From NCBI GenBank assembly GCA_009914755.4, contig CP086569.2, positions 5,312,001-5,376,000 of the forward strand: a stretch of DNA of 64,000 bases, in the 5' to 3' direction. The translations under genes and the position numbers were made by a program. Below the pieces are notes generated by a model. It did no database searches. It was not told the origin of the DNA and saw nothing but the letters and a program-made list of their open reading frames with translations. The DNA comes from the human T2T-CHM13v2.0 reference genome, Homo sapiens. Of this stretch, positions 13,603 to 32,915 are shown piece by piece. Each line of letters opens with the position of its first letter. Position 1 is the stretch's first letter.

Positions 13603-14685
13603 TCTGACAAGTGATTCATAACCAGAATATATAAGGAGCTCAAATAACTCAATAGGAAAATATTAATAATACCATCAGAAATGGGCAAAATATATCCATA
13701 GACATTTCTGAAAAGAAGACACCCAAATCTCATACAAGCATCTGAAAAAGTGCTCAGCATCATTGAACATCAGATAAATGCAAATCCAAACTGCAATGAG
13801 ATATCCTCTCACCCCAGTTAAAATGGCTTTTATCCAAAAGGCAGGCAATACCATATGCTAGTGCAGATGTGGAGAGAAGGGAACCCTAGTACCGTGTTGG
13901 TGGAAATGTAAATTAGTACAACCACTATAGAGAACAGTTTGGAGTTCCCTCAAAAAAACAAAAATTGAGCTACCATATGATCCAGCAATCCCATTGCTTG
14001 ATATATACCAAAAAGAAAGGAAAACAGTATATTGAAGAGACATTTGCACTCCTATGTTTGTTGCAGCACTGTTTACAATAGCTAAGATTTGTAAGCAACC
14101 CAACTTTCCATCAACAGATGAATGGAGAAAGAAAATGTGGTACATACACACAGTGGTATACTATTTAGCCATAGCAAAGAATGAGCTCTTGCCATTTGCG
14201 ACAACACCTATGGAACTGAAGATCATTATGTTAAGTGAAATAAACCAGGTGCAGAAAGACAAACATTGCATGTTCCCACTTTTTTGTGGGATCTAAAAAT
14301 AAAATCAATTGAACTCAGGAAGGTAGAAAGTTGAAGGATGGTTACCAGAGTCTGGGAAGGGTAGCCGGGGTTTGGGATGAGGTGGAGATGGTTAGTGGGC
14401 CCAAAAATACAGAAAGAACAAATAAAACCTACAATTTGATGACACAATAGCGTCACTATAATCAATAATAACTTAATTGTACATTTTTAAATAACTTAAA
14501 AAGTGTAATTGGATTGTTTTAAATTCAAAGGATAAATGCTTGAGGGGAGAAATATCTCATTCCCCATGATGAGATTATTTCACTTTGCATGCCTGTATCA
14601 AAACATCTCAGGTACCCCATGAATATATACACCTGGTATGTACCCACAAAAATTAAATAAAAAATTAGAAATTAAAAAAAAAAGT
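13603..14685 (+). mobile_element. L1 3' end (old primate L1, L1PB/L1MA-like): C-terminal ORF2 remnant + 3'UTR
   Basis: Translates in frame to L1 ORF2 C-terminal motifs (..[40 protein letters not shown]...). The 3'UTR reads 'ggttaccagag.ctgggaagggtag..gggtttgggatgaggtggagatggttagtgggcccaaaaatacagaaagaacaaataaaacctacaatttgat..cacaatagcgtcactataatcaataataacttaattgtacatttttaaataacttaaaaagtgtaattggattgtt...ggataaatgcttgaggggagaaatatctcattccccatgatgagattatttcactttgcatgcctgtatcaaaacatctcaggtaccccatgaatatatacacct.gtatgtacccacaaaaattaaataaaaaa'. Confidence 0.85.
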
Positions 14686-15510
14686 ATTATGATTTCAATT
14701 CCCATGAAGAATATTTGAAATTAGTGAACACATTTTTTCTTGCTAAATTACACATGGTATTATTAACATATCTTTAGAAAGGTTATAACTTATTTTAAAG
14801 CACTAGACACTGTCTCAAATGAGCCAGTCTTATTTACTATAATAAGCTAGAAAATTAGCCCTAAAATTAATTTACTTTAAAACATTTATCAGACCCTAAA
14901 GCTAAAAGAAAATACTTTTTAAAAGAGCAACACATAAAATATATTCTCCTATTTAAAAATCCTGCCCATGAGAAGGGATCTAACATAATTGAGTATTTCT
15001 TGGGAAGAACATTTACTCATGTATTCAAGATCCAACTGAATTGTTCAGCCCAAATATCTGAATTTTACTTTGCTGACAGAACTAAGTTTCTTCATTTCAA
15101 GCAGTAATATCCAGCATATTGGATATTATAGATTTATAATGAATAAATGAAAGAGTACATGAGTGAATTAAGTGGACCCTTATCTGACATATTTCAAGAT
15201 AGCTCTTTTAGCATAAGGGGCATTCTACATTTCGGGGTGAATTATTAGAACTACTTCTAAATGTACTCTTATTCCCAGACACGAATCATAAACAGAATGA
15301 GATTGATAACTGGGGGATTAATAGTGAAAACGGTCTCTTTATTTGATTAAAAGAATTTGCGTCATTTTTCTAGAACAGGAGTATACATAATGTACCTAGC
15401 AAAATTAAAGAGAAGATTTAGTTTAAGAAAATAAAAATTATATGCACACACACATATACAGACATACGCACATGTGCATATCCTACATGTATTTAATGAG
15501 TCCTAAGTTG

Positions 15511-15835
<325 letters not shown>

Positions 15836-18800
15836 TGATGGGAATCCTTAGAGAAATTCCAGTTCAACCCATTTCCATATAATCCTGCCAGTGTTATTAT
15901 ATTTCTCTATATTTTAATAAGAATTCAAATTATTATGTCAAAATCTCTAAGAAAAGAAGACGTAATGTTTTAATGAAGTTTTAAGTATGAAAAAAAGAAC
16001 ATTCAGTTGTCTTTTAAAAATACTACCTACAAATGCATACTGTAACTCTGGTGACAAAATGAGAATATCAGCATTAAGACCCAGAAAATAAGGTGCATGT
16101 TAAGCCCTATTATTTGTAACATTATTAATTGGTGAAAGATAAGTGCAGGATTGATAAAGGTCACAGAGGGATATGCTGCATGAGATAATTAGATCCACAT
16201 ACTTTAAACAAACCCAGCCTTACGTTAGATTTAGATCGCTGTCTGAACTAAAGGGTAGAATGCTTTAATGCACCACTTTATCCTGAGCATTATATTTCAC
16301 ACTGTGGAAAGTTGCCATTTTTATGGGTTTATAGGATGAAAAAATTTTCTGGAGAAAAAAACACAGTAGGATTGATGTTTACCGAAATAGGCAGTGATTA
16401 GCGAGCCATCTGTGTTGATGTAACAGGCACATCACCATTGTTTGTTTCTGGATGAGTTATTAATGCTAGATGCATCAGTCATGGTTTCCATCATTAATTT
16501 AGATTTATTCCATGGCTGAAAAGGTTATTCTAACAGTGGAACATGCCTGTGATACCTTTCAGAGAAATGCTAATCACAGTCCACTGAATCTGTATGTATT
16601 ATTTAGTGCCATTACCAATCCTAAAGCTTTCTAGATTTTTACTTCTCTATTATTTGTGTTCATAGATCTTGGTAATGCTATATAGCATTCACACTATGAT
16701 AATAAAGAGCAACTATAGGAGTTATAGCCAGTCTAGGGTCTTGCTCAGAGTAGCATTGAGATGGGAGAGAATGTGCAGAGGATTAAGGAATTTAAAATTA
16801 TGAATAATTAGACATAAATAGCACAGAACAGGTCACACATCTGTTGGCTAAGTGTCAGTGATTGAGGAAAAAGAAAAAAATAATTACCTTACTCGAAGAT
16901 CGATAAGCAGAGACCAGCATTTCCTAAAGTATGTTCTATTGAAGACTAATACAAGGAGATACTTTTAAAAGTAAAAATAAATAAATAAAGGTGCAGTGGT
17001 CTATTGTGTTTGGGAATAAGAACATAAAACTGGAATTATCTATGACTTGAGTCAATAATGACATCCATTATTGATGATAACAGTTCTTTTCTAGGTTTGG
17101 TAGAAATAATAATCGAAAGTTACCTTATGTGAGGATTTACCAGAAATAAACAGTCAAAGGACTTCTCTATAAAATATCATTTCTTAGCGAGCATTGACCT
17201 CTTTTTTGTGACATATGGGTTTGTAAATTAAAAAGTATGTAATAGACCTAAGGATATAAAAACAAGTGATTCAAAATACTCTGATGAAAAGAAAAGAAAC
17301 CTTTGAACCAAAGAAGTGGCTTTCAATTTAGATGGTTCTCAAAGACTGAAAACATTTTTTAAAGATTAGCAATTTTTGTTTATTGTTCTTTAAACCCCAA
17401 AGTCGAGGTGCAGATTAACCCTTCTAATTAGGCTTCATCTATGGGGGAGTACAAATTGTTTCAAAGATTCAAAATCATTTGAATATTTACTATTTTGCAA
17501 ACAGCTGGATTCCCTTGCTCTTTTACCTGTAAAGTGTATGAATGCAAAACTTCTAGGAAATGGTGGGGAAGAGCATACACCCCCACCAAAACAGGCCTTG
17601 CATTGTTGTTATTTTACCGTTTATAAAAACCTTCCTACGATGATAGATTTAATCTATAGCTGTGAGGCAGGAGAAATCCCAGAGATGGTTGTTTGCAATA
17701 CTAAGAGTAAGTTTAGCATTTTCCTAATTCTATGTCATGCATGCCCCTTTTAAAGATACTATGGCCTCTAGTACATAAGTTACAGTAATTCTTCACAATA
17801 GTTCGGTGCTTGAAGAATGAGATGGCAGACATTTTAAAAGATGTAGAAGGAATGCTTCAGCCACAAATATTCCAAAGATATAATATTTTATCCCTGGGTG
17901 ATGAATATTTGAATCGATTGTTTTTAGCTTAAGTTTTTTTTCATGTCTTCTAAAACTGATTACCATAGAAACAATTGTATTAGTCATGAAATTATCAGAT
18001 TTAGTTATCAGGTTGTTTACAAAACTTCAAGCATTGTAAATTATCTTTTCCATATGGAAAGTAACATAGATGGAGATCGTTTCAGTGCATCTTAAACTAT
18101 ATTGGTGGCCAATATAGAATGCAATTTTTTTTATAATTCTCAAGTTAATATAATACCGTAGGTTTTTCTTAATCCTCATGTTAATGCATTATTTTCAAAA
18201 ATTACAATTTTTATATTGCGAGAAACACTTCAATGAAGCTCCCACATGTGAGAAAAACACTAGAAATAGAAAGGCTTCCTTAAACCACATAAAAAATCAA
18301 CTTAGTAGGAATGAATCATTAATTTAAAAGTGCATGTGTGTGCACACACAGAGAGTTTTATCAACTCCTATGAGATTTCTTGTAAGAATTTAAGACTAAA
18401 TGTGATGTCTCAAATTAAAATTAACTCTGTAAGTAAAACTCTGCAGTGTACCAAGAACAAAGGGTAAGGAATACATAGGTACCATCAAAATTACCAGAGA
18501 CTCCTTTCAGTAGAATGTCAGTGTTCCAATTTTTCTTAACTTTAGATGTCAAAGTTATTAGCTCCATAGGTGAATATAATTTCCTGTAATGTAAATAATT
18601 GACTAAAGTTTACTGTTTTTTGAACATCTGAACTCTGTGTGAAGACCGTCAGTGAATTTATGTGTTTAATTCATAAAGATATTTTTACATATTATTAGCT
18701 TAAGCCATCTTATTTGCTATTAACAATGAGTATCATGCTATGAAAATTTCCTCAACCAGATTTTATAAAAAATTGACATATGAAGTTTTTTAATGAATAT

Positions 18801-19942
18801 ATTAAATAAGCAGCTAAATACTGATACTAATACTGAAAAAAAAATTGACAATATTTGACATACCAGAGAACTTGAAATGAAAAATATTAATATTAAGTGA
18901 CTGACCCATTTATATAATCTTCCTTAGTTCTGAGCTTTTCTGGATTTAGTGAGAGCCTTATATTGTCACAGAAATAAAGTCAATTATATTTCAGAGAAAA
19001 AATCATGAAAGATCATGACCTAACAGTATGCCCAAGGGATTGGAAATAAAAATATCTTTGAGTTTATTAATCTCACTAGTGTGGATAATATAATGTGTAC
19101 TTTCCATTGGTGTTGTAAGAATAAATAGAATTTTTGTCTTGTTACTATAATGTATTGGTGATGATAACACAGAGCCACCTCAATACTACAGGGACAAAGT
19201 GGACACTGGAGAAAATAAGGTCTAGTAAGTGGAATTTCATGAAAGAAAGATATACCAATAGAAATACATTTTAATTTAGGACCTCTGGTACCTTGAAAGG
19301 ATCTGGTCTGCCTTTTTCTACTTCAAGTTGCCATTGTTTAGCTGATGTATAAAGTTTGGCTTCTGATAAATGTAGTTCTTATTCTCCCAGAGTTACCCAG
19401 AGAAGGAGAGGACATCAATAGGAAACTCTTTTAAGACAGAGATTATTGCCTTAGCCTAAATTTCTATTAGATTTATTTTCTCCTTAAGAAATTAGAGACA
19501 TAATGATATCTTTATTATTCAAATACAAGGAGTGATTCTAAGATTCCTTCATTTCTTAAAGAAAATTTTCTTTATTAAATACAATATACTAGTGGACACC
19601 ATACAATCATTATCATCCACTAAGTCTATACTGCATTTAAGCATATATGAGAATAGACAGTAAAGACAAGATATGTTTAGTTGTTCTGAGAAGAATAAAT
19701 TAGGAAAGAGTAGAAATGGAAGAAGAGATACAGGTTAGGTTCATGTAAAAAAACAACATGAAAAGTGAAAAGATGCTTACCTTTGGAGGCAGTGAGATTT
19801 AATAATATATTAAAAGGGATGTAGGATAAGTTGGGGAGTAATATATTTAACAAGAAGAAAGTTCTCCTCCTTCATTTAAAAAAAAAAAAAGGAGAAGGCA
19901 AAGCAAGATGGTGGAATAGAAAACTCCACCAATTCTCCCCCT

Positions 19943-20307
19943 GTATTAGTTCCTTTTCACATGCTGATAAAGACATACATAAGACTGGGCAATTTACATA
20001 AGAAAGAGGTCTAATTGGGTTCACAATTCCACATGGCTGCAGAGACCTCACAGTCATGGCAAAAGGCTAGGAGGAGCTAGTCATGTCTTACATGGATGGA
20101 AGCAGGCAAACAGAGAGCTTGTGCAGGGCAACTCTTGTTTTTAAAGCTATCAGGTCTCATGAGACCCATTCTCTATCATGGGAATAGCACAGGAAAGACC
20201 CACCTCCATAATTCAATCATCTCCCACTGGGTCCCTCCCACAACACATGGGAATTATGAGAGCTACAAGATGAGATTTGGGTGAGGATACACAGCCAAAC
20301 CATATTA
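19943..20307 (-). mobile_element. Solo ERVL-MaLR LTR (THE1/MST-like), with 5-bp TSD 'ccccc'
   Basis: Reverse-complement MaLR LTR hallmarks: starts 'tgtattagt.c.ttttcaca.gctgataaagacata..taagactgggcaatttaca.aagaaagaggt.taattgg.ttcacaattccacatggctg...cctcacagtcatggcaaaagg' and ends 'catctcccactgggtccctcccacaacacatgggaattatgagagctacaagatgagatttgggtgaggatacacagccaaaccatatta'. Flanked by 'ccccc' on both sides. Confidence 0.75.
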
Positions 20308-20940
20308 CCCCCACACAATAACAGGCTTTATAGAACACCATATCATTTTCAAAACAGAATATAAATTAAATGTCTTTGGGAGGAAAAAGTAAAAAAGGTA
20401 AATTGTAGTAAAACATAGCCATAATACTTGTGATGTTATCACATAATTTTATGTGTACAATAAAAATGTCCCTAATAAATATTTTGAATACTCTATAACA
20501 GGTCCTGCTCTGGGAAGTTGAGGTCTACCAGAGGACAAACTAGAAAAAAAAAAATGTCCTACTTAACATAAAAGAATATGCTATCAAGAAAGCTGAGGAT
20601 GTTACAGATGGTCTCTCTGTGAAAGTAATATTTAAGTTTATTCCTGAAGGTTTATTAACACTGGGTGTGTAGATGTGGGAAGGATTTCTAGGTGGAGAAA
20701 ACAGCTTGTACAAAAGCCCTGAAATGAACATGCTTAGCATGTTGGAAGAACCGACAGAAGACCTGTGAATCCAGAGCAAGGATTTCAAAGGGGACAGGCA
20801 CTTAAATTTTAGTGGTGAAAGAAAGACAATAAATATATAAGATAAGCAAATTTTATTATTTGCTAATTTGCTCTCTCAAATTTTATAGCATGTTAAAAGA
20901 TGTTGAGTGCTGTATAGAAACATAGTGCAGAGTAATATTT

Positions 20941-22885
20941 GCTGTTCTGCAGCCTCCGCTGGTGATACCCAGGCAAACAGGGTCTGGAGTGGACCTCCAG
21001 CAGACACCAACAGACCTGCAGCTGAGGGTCCTGACTGTTAGAAGGAAAACTAACAAACAGAAAGGAATAGCATCAACACCAACAAAAAGGACATCCACAC
21101 CAAAACCCCATCTGTAGGTCACCATCATCAAAGACCAAAGGTAGATAAAACCACAAAGATGGGGAGAAACCAGAGCAGAAAAGCTGAAAATTCTGAAAAC
21201 CAGAGCTCCTCTTCTCCTCCAAAGGATCGCAGCTCCTCACCAGCAATGGAACAAAGCTGGACAGAGAATGACTTTGACGAGTTGACAGAAGTAGGCTTCA
21301 GAAGATCAGTAATAACAAACTTCTCTGAGCTAAAGGAGGATGTTTGAACCCATCGCAAATAAGTTAAAAACCTTGAAAAAATATTAGACGAATAGCTAAC
21401 TAGAATAAACAGTGTAGAGAAGACCTTAAATGACCCGATGGAGCTGAAAACCATGGCACGAGAACTACGTGATGCATGCACAAGCTTCAGTAGCCAATTC
21501 GATCAAGTGGAAGAAAGGGTATCAGTGATTGAAGATCAAATAAATGAAATGAAGCGAGAAGAGAAGTTTAGAGAAAAAAAGCGTAAAAATAAACGAGCAA
21601 AGCCTCCAAGGCATATGGGCCTATGTGAAAAGACCAAATCTACGTTTGATTGGTATACCTGAAAGTGACGGGGAGAATGGAACCAAGTTGGAAAACACTC
21701 TTCAGGATATTATCGAGGAGAACTTCCCCAACCTAGCAAGGCAGGCCAACATTCAAATTCAGGAAATACAGAGAACACCACAAAGATACTCCTCGAGAAG
21801 AGCAACCCCAAGATACATAATTGTCAGATTCACCAAGGTTGAAATGAAGGAAAAAATGTTAAGGCAGCCAGAGAGAAAGGTCAGGTTACCCACAAAGGGA
21901 AGCCCGTCAGACTAACAGCAGATCTCTCAGCAGAAACTCTACAAGCCAGAAGAGAGTGGGGGCCAATATTCAACATTCTTAAAAAAAGAATTTTCAACCC
22001 AGAATTTTATATCCAGCCAAACTAAGCTTCATAAATGAAGGAGAAATAAAATCCTTTACAGACAAGCAAATGTTGAGAGATTTTGTCACCACCAGGCCTG
22101 CCTTACAAGAGCTCCTGAAGGAAGCACTAAACATGGAAAGGAACAACCAGTACCAGCCACTACAAACACATGCCAAATCAAAACCACAGTGAGATACCAT
22201 CTCACACCAGTCATAACGGCAACTACTAAAAAGTCAAAATACAACAGATGATGGTAAGGTTTCAGAGAAAAGCAACACTAATACACTGTTGGTTGCAATG
22301 TAAATTAGCTCAACCACTGTGGAAAGTAGTGTGGTGATTCCTCAAAGAGCTAAAAGCAGAACTATCATTCAACCTAGCAATTCCAGTACTGGGTATATAC
22401 CCAAAGGAATATAGATAATTCTACTGTAAAGACTCATGCACATGTATATTCATGGCAGCATTATTCACAATACAACGACATGCAATCAACCTACATACCC
22501 ATCAACGGTGCACTGGATAAAGAAAACGTGGTATATATACATCATGGAATACTACACAGCCATAAAAAAGAATGAGGTCATGTCCTTTGGAGGAACACAG
22601 ATGAAGCCGGAGGCCATTATCCTTAGCAAACTAACATGGGAACAGAAAACCAAATACCGCATGTTCTCACTTATCAGTGTAAGCTAAATAATGAGAATAC
22701 ATAGACATATAGAGGGGAAAAACAGACACCGGGGCATATGGGAAGGTAAAGGGTGAGAGGAGGGAGATGATTAGGAAAAATAACTAATGGGTACTAGGCT
22801 TAATACCTGGGTGATGAAACAATCTGTAAAACAAACCCCTATGACACAAACAACCCTGCAAATGTACTCTTGAACTAAAAAGTTA
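20941..22885 (+). mobile_element. L1PA-like L1 with a large internal deletion: last ~220 bp of 5'UTR, a decayed ORF1, then a jump to the last ~500 bp of ORF2 and the 3'UTR
   Basis: The 5'UTR end reads 'gctgttctgcagcc.ccgctg.tgatacccaggcaaacagggtctggagtggacctccagca.ac.ccaacagacctgcagctgagggtcctg.ctgttagaaggaaaactaacaaacagaaagga' then 'accatcatcaaagaccaaa.gtagataaaaccacaaagATGGGG'. ORF1-like frames follow. At ~22165-22180 the ORF1 end ('..aacatggaaaggaacaaccagtaccagccactacaaa.acatgccaaa') joins directly to an ORF2 C-terminal segment ('ccacagtgagataccatctcacaccagt.a.aa.ggc.a...attaaaaagtcaa..aacaacag.tg.tgg'). The ORF2 tail then continues ('..tggataaagaaaa.gtggtatatatacatcatggaatactacacagccataaaaaagaatgaggtcatgtcctttg.aggaacacagatgaa...ggaggccattatcct.agcaaactaacatgggaacagaaaaccaaataccgcatgttctcact.at'). 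It ends with the 3'UTR. Confidence 0.85.
21159..22170 (+). pseudogene. L1 ORF1p remnant (frameshifted, premature stops)
   Basis: ORF 21159..21347(+) reads MGRNQSRKAENSENQSSSSPPKDRSSSPAMEQSWTENDFDELTEVGFRRS.... ORF 21438..21662 reads ..MELKTMARELRDACTSFSSQFDQVEERVSVIEDQINEMKREEKFREKK... ORF 21625..21915 reads ..KRPNLRLIGIPESDGENGTKLENTLQDIIEENFPNLARQANIQIQEIQRTPQRYSSRRATPRYIIVRFTKVEMKEKML... All are L1 ORF1p-like. Three different frames are used, so it is decayed. Confidence 0.8.
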
Positions 22886-23214
22886 TTTAATATGTAAATT
22901 AAATTAGATCATATCATTGAGTATTAGGCAATTAGAAATTGAGGCAAAGATAGGAATACGATCCAATACTGCCATATAGTACCAGTAAGAATACACATTT
23001 GAGAACACTACTCTAATTTAAATGTAATGATCACAAAATAATCACAAAAATATTCACAAAAATAATCTTCTTAAGTCTTTCCTATCCTAAAATTGACAAA
23101 AGATTTTAAGAAGCTTAATTACCTTATCAAAAATTTTGCATAAGCTTGGTGAATAAAATACATTTCAGAGTTCATCCTTTCAACTTGATATTTGGTCATT
23201 AAAAAGTATTTTGT

Positions 23215-23695
23215 TTTACGGGGTTTGATACGCCGTCTCCCTCATAAGTTTGTGTTCCTCATAGATGTGATCTCTCTACATATTTCTATATTACTCAGAG
23301 GTTGGTTTCTTCCTTTTTATTCTATTCTTTTTTCTATTTTTTTCTCTGTTTTGTCTGAACGTCTTATTTTTGAAATCCAGTCTTTAAGCTCTGAAATTCT
23401 TTCTTCAGTTTGGTCTATTCTTCTGTTAGTACTTACGATTGCATTATCAAATTCTCATAGTATGTTTTCCAACTCTATCAGATTGTTTATGTACATTTTT
23501 ATACAGGCGATTTTATCTGCCAGTTCCTGTATTATTTTATTGTGATCCTTAGCTTTCTTGGATTGGGCTTCAATGTGCTCCTGCATCTCAATGATTTTCA
23601 TCTCTACCCATATTTTAAATTCTATTTCTGCAATTTCAGCCATCTCATCCTTGTTCAGAACTTTTGCTGGAGAGATATATACTGATATTTTCTTT
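23215..23695 (-). mobile_element. Old L1 fragment covering part of ORF1 (antisense)
   Basis: The minus-strand translation (part of ORF 23455..23859) reads ...DEMAEIAEIEFKIWVEMKIIEMQEHIEAQSKKAKDHNKIIQELADKIACIKMYINNLIELENIL. This matches the L1 ORF1p coiled-coil region (..IEFRIWIGTKIIEIQE..SKE.KEYNKMIQEL.D....). It adjoins the ORF2-3'-end antisense segment of the next element but is out of L1 order, so it is a separate or rearranged fragment. Confidence 0.6.
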
Positions 23696-28950
<5,255 letters not shown>

Positions 28951-28951
28951 A

Positions 28952-29278
<327 letters not shown>

Positions 29279-30813
29279 TCAGGGAGATGTCAGTTTATTT
29301 CAAATGTACTTTATATAATTATATTTTATAGCATATTCTCACACTACATATTTAAGATGAAATTTGTAAATGTGATTAAATTTCACTTAAAAATTATTGA
29401 ATTGAATAAACTGAAATTCAACACCTATTCCACTGAATTTTACTCTACCTGATGAGTATTTTGGCATTGCAGAGAAAATCTCTTTTTTTGAAAGGAACTC
29501 ATTAAATATCACTTTTGCATCAATATTAGGACCTTTTAATATGTAGTTGCACATTAGGAGATGATGAAGAGTTGCCTGCAGTTCTGCACACAAATACTAA
29601 TCTTCATCCCAATGATTTCCAAACTTTTGACTTTACAATTATCTGTATTACCATACTTTATGTTATATTGTTGGAACACTGGGACCACTAGCACCTTTTA
29701 AAATGTCCATAAATTAGAATAAAATTATAATAAAACCACATTTTTATATTTTTTCCCAAGAGTTTATAATAGAAGACTAAGTTTTGTGGGATTCACAATA
29801 TATTATCAATGTATGTTTCTTGAAAATCATTTAGAATGAGAAAATAATTTGAAGTCAACTAATATATATGTCTCCTTTTACATGAAAGATAAAACATTAT
29901 TTTCTGTGAATGTAGGTAAAATAACTTCAACAAATGGAAATTTTTACCTTTAAAAAAGATTGTCATTTATTTTCTGGTAACTGTTGTACTCTGAAAAATC
30001 TAAAGCCTCTCTAGTGGCAGAAATCTACAAAATTCAATACAGGTTTAATATAAAGAATACATGATCTTTAAAAAAGTGCAATAAAGAAAATATTGTTTTA
30101 GTCTCTTGAGAGCCATCTTTCTAGATTTTTCAAAGTATAGACAAAATTGAAGTGTTTCAACCAATTCTGTTATTAACAATCCTGAACAGGATTATTAATC
30201 ATAAGACATCAAAATTCTTTAGCCTTCAATTTTATCCTTTACAAAATATACTTCTTAAATCCAGATTATAACACCACTCACTTCCACTTTTCCATTTAGA
30301 ATAAAAGGAACTAGTGAGATTATATGATTTCTACAAGTATTTAAAAAATATTCCAAATTACAAATCAGTGTAAAATCTCCTGAATATCAGGACACTGCAT
30401 TTCTTAATCATACAATAATAATATTGTCCTTTAAAATTTTGGCTTTTAATAACTTTTTAAACTTTATTTTTAAACATTATAACTTCCTCTAGACATGTAC
30501 TTCTCCAATCGTGATTGAAAGCAAATATTACATAAAATTGACTTGCAAAATATCACAGTAACATAGTTCTTAATACAGCACTATATTTTATTCATATCAA
30601 CATCTTTTGACACAATTTTTCTAAAAGAAGACGTTAAGAACTTGTTAAGAATACACATGAAAAGAGATTTTGTTTTTAATCCTACCTTTCCTATAAACCC
30701 TAGTAATCAGAAAGTAGAAAGAAATATCTAGCTAACTCATTTTTTAAAAACACTCTAAATAGACTAGAAGCTATGATATGAATTCATGAAATTGGTATCA
30801 GGGTCATTATTTA

Positions 30814-31094
<281 letters not shown>

Positions 31095-32608
31095 TTATTT
31101 TTCAAACATGTTAAAGATAAATAAGAATATAGACACGCTAATATAACAATTTAAAAAATAACCACAAAACTCTGTAAGTAGGATGGATGATAGACAATGG
31201 AAGGAAGAAAAGAAGGGAGGTAATTTTAAAAACCATATACTTCAGACATTTTAATTCCCTTGTTAGATAAAACTAGTATGCTCGGGGGTTAATGTGTGGC
31301 AGTTGTCAGACACCTTTCACACCATGGACTAATTTATAGATAATTGGAATAAAACCCTGAGTTTCAAGCAGGTATCACTTATTTTTATTGAATTTCCCTT
31401 CTTGAGCATGATTCACACATACTTCACATTTGCCCATATACTGGCTAAGTAGGACAGCAAAATGCCTTAACGAAATGTACCATTTTAAGAAGCTAGCTTT
31501 TTTTCTTAGATGCATAAGTTATGCTTGGAGAAAATATAATTATATTTTCCTGCATAATAAATAGGTTTTATGAAAAACACAGCCTTTGGAGAATACAAGA
31601 GAAATTATTCACTATGTTTAACAAAAGATGTAGCAGAACATTTTGCCCTTGATTTTCTTATTCAAATAGTGGGACTAGAAAAACTTTTGAAGACGTGTTA
31701 GATGTAGTTAGCCATTGAGGTACACTGAAAAGTCAGCACGAGTGCATGAGTTGGATTTTGTTATGATTATTTTGCTTTTGTTTTATTATTTTTTTTCTTA
31801 CTCCCTTTGGTCTTGTCTTATGTGAACTCCCTTTGGTCTTGTCTTAGGTGCCATTGAAGACACCGTAAATTCAACCCCATTATATGGTTTCATTTTAACT
31901 CAGAAGGTTAGATATGTTCAGCACAAATAAAATCAGATATTCTCAGGCTCACCCTAATTAAAGGTCCTAATCTAATCAAAGCTTTCATGAAGAAATGTCT
32001 TTTATGGAGGAAATTTACTGGTGTGTATTAATAATGGAAGCACTTTTTTAAAGCAAGGAAAACTGGTATGAATACAATTTTTATATTAAATTTAGATGTC
32101 ATGTTTTTATTGATGGTACAGACGACTACAATTGATATATCCAGATTCAAGCCCCTACAAAACACAGTCAGAATATACTGGTACCTGTCTCTTCATACTG
32201 CCTTCACCCAGATTCTATGATTCCTTTAAGTGAACAGAAAGTCTATTCAGTAGGGTAGAATTTTAACAGCATAACTGGAGAGCTCCTGCTGTCCAAATGC
32301 ATGCTTCCATGTGGAGGCCTGGAATAAAAAGGCCATTATAGCTTTTGGTACACTCTGTGGGAGAGAGTAGAGAGAGAAGTTGTAATGATTAGCAAGTAAG
32401 TTTTGTGATTGGCATAAAAACTAGGGAGGCATAAAAGAATTTACTTTTGTGCATATTGTTCCATTTTTACCAGAGTGACTTATAATTTAGAGGCTTATTT
32501 ATTCCAAAGACCAGTAAGAACTTACTACATAAGAGACATGTAGTCTATCAAATAAGGAGAGTGGTTAAAGTCTCGTTTTTAGTATCATTGACTTCGAAGG
32601 TTAAATTC

Positions 32609-32915
32609 CTTTTTTTTCTTTTTTTTTTTTTTTGAGGCGGAGTCTCGCTCTGTCACCCAGGCTGGAGTGCAATGGAGCCGTCTGGGCTCAGTGTAAGCTC
32701 CGCTTCCCGGGTTCATGTGATTCTCGTGCCTCAGGCTCCTGAGCAGCTGGGATTACAGTTGCCCGCCATCATGCCGGGCTAATTTTTGTATTTCTGTAGA
32801 GACAGGGTTTCACCATGTTGGTCAGACTGGTCTTGAACTCCTGACCTCAGGTGATCCTCCCCCTTCAGCCTATCAAAGTACTGGGGTTACAGGTTTGAGC
32901 CACCACACCCAGCCT
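32609..32915 (-). mobile_element. Alu SINE, antisense, with TSD 'ggttaaattc' (32599-32608 / 32919-32928)
   Basis: T-rich tail followed by 'gaggcggagtctcgctctgtcacccaggctggagtgcaatgg.gccgtct.ggctcagtgtaagctccgc.tcccgggttcatgtgattctc.tgcctcag.ctcctgagcagctgggattacag.tgcccgccatcatgccgggctaatttttgtatttctgtagagacagggtttcaccatgttggtcagactggtcttgaactcctgacctcaggtgatcctcc...tgggg.ttacaggtttgagccaccacacccagcc'. Confidence 0.9.

Noticed and set aside
21128-21481. 117-aa ORF (-) and 23192..23545 (+) 117-aa ORF.
   Set aside because: These are antisense readings of L1 ORF1 regions and therefore spurious.
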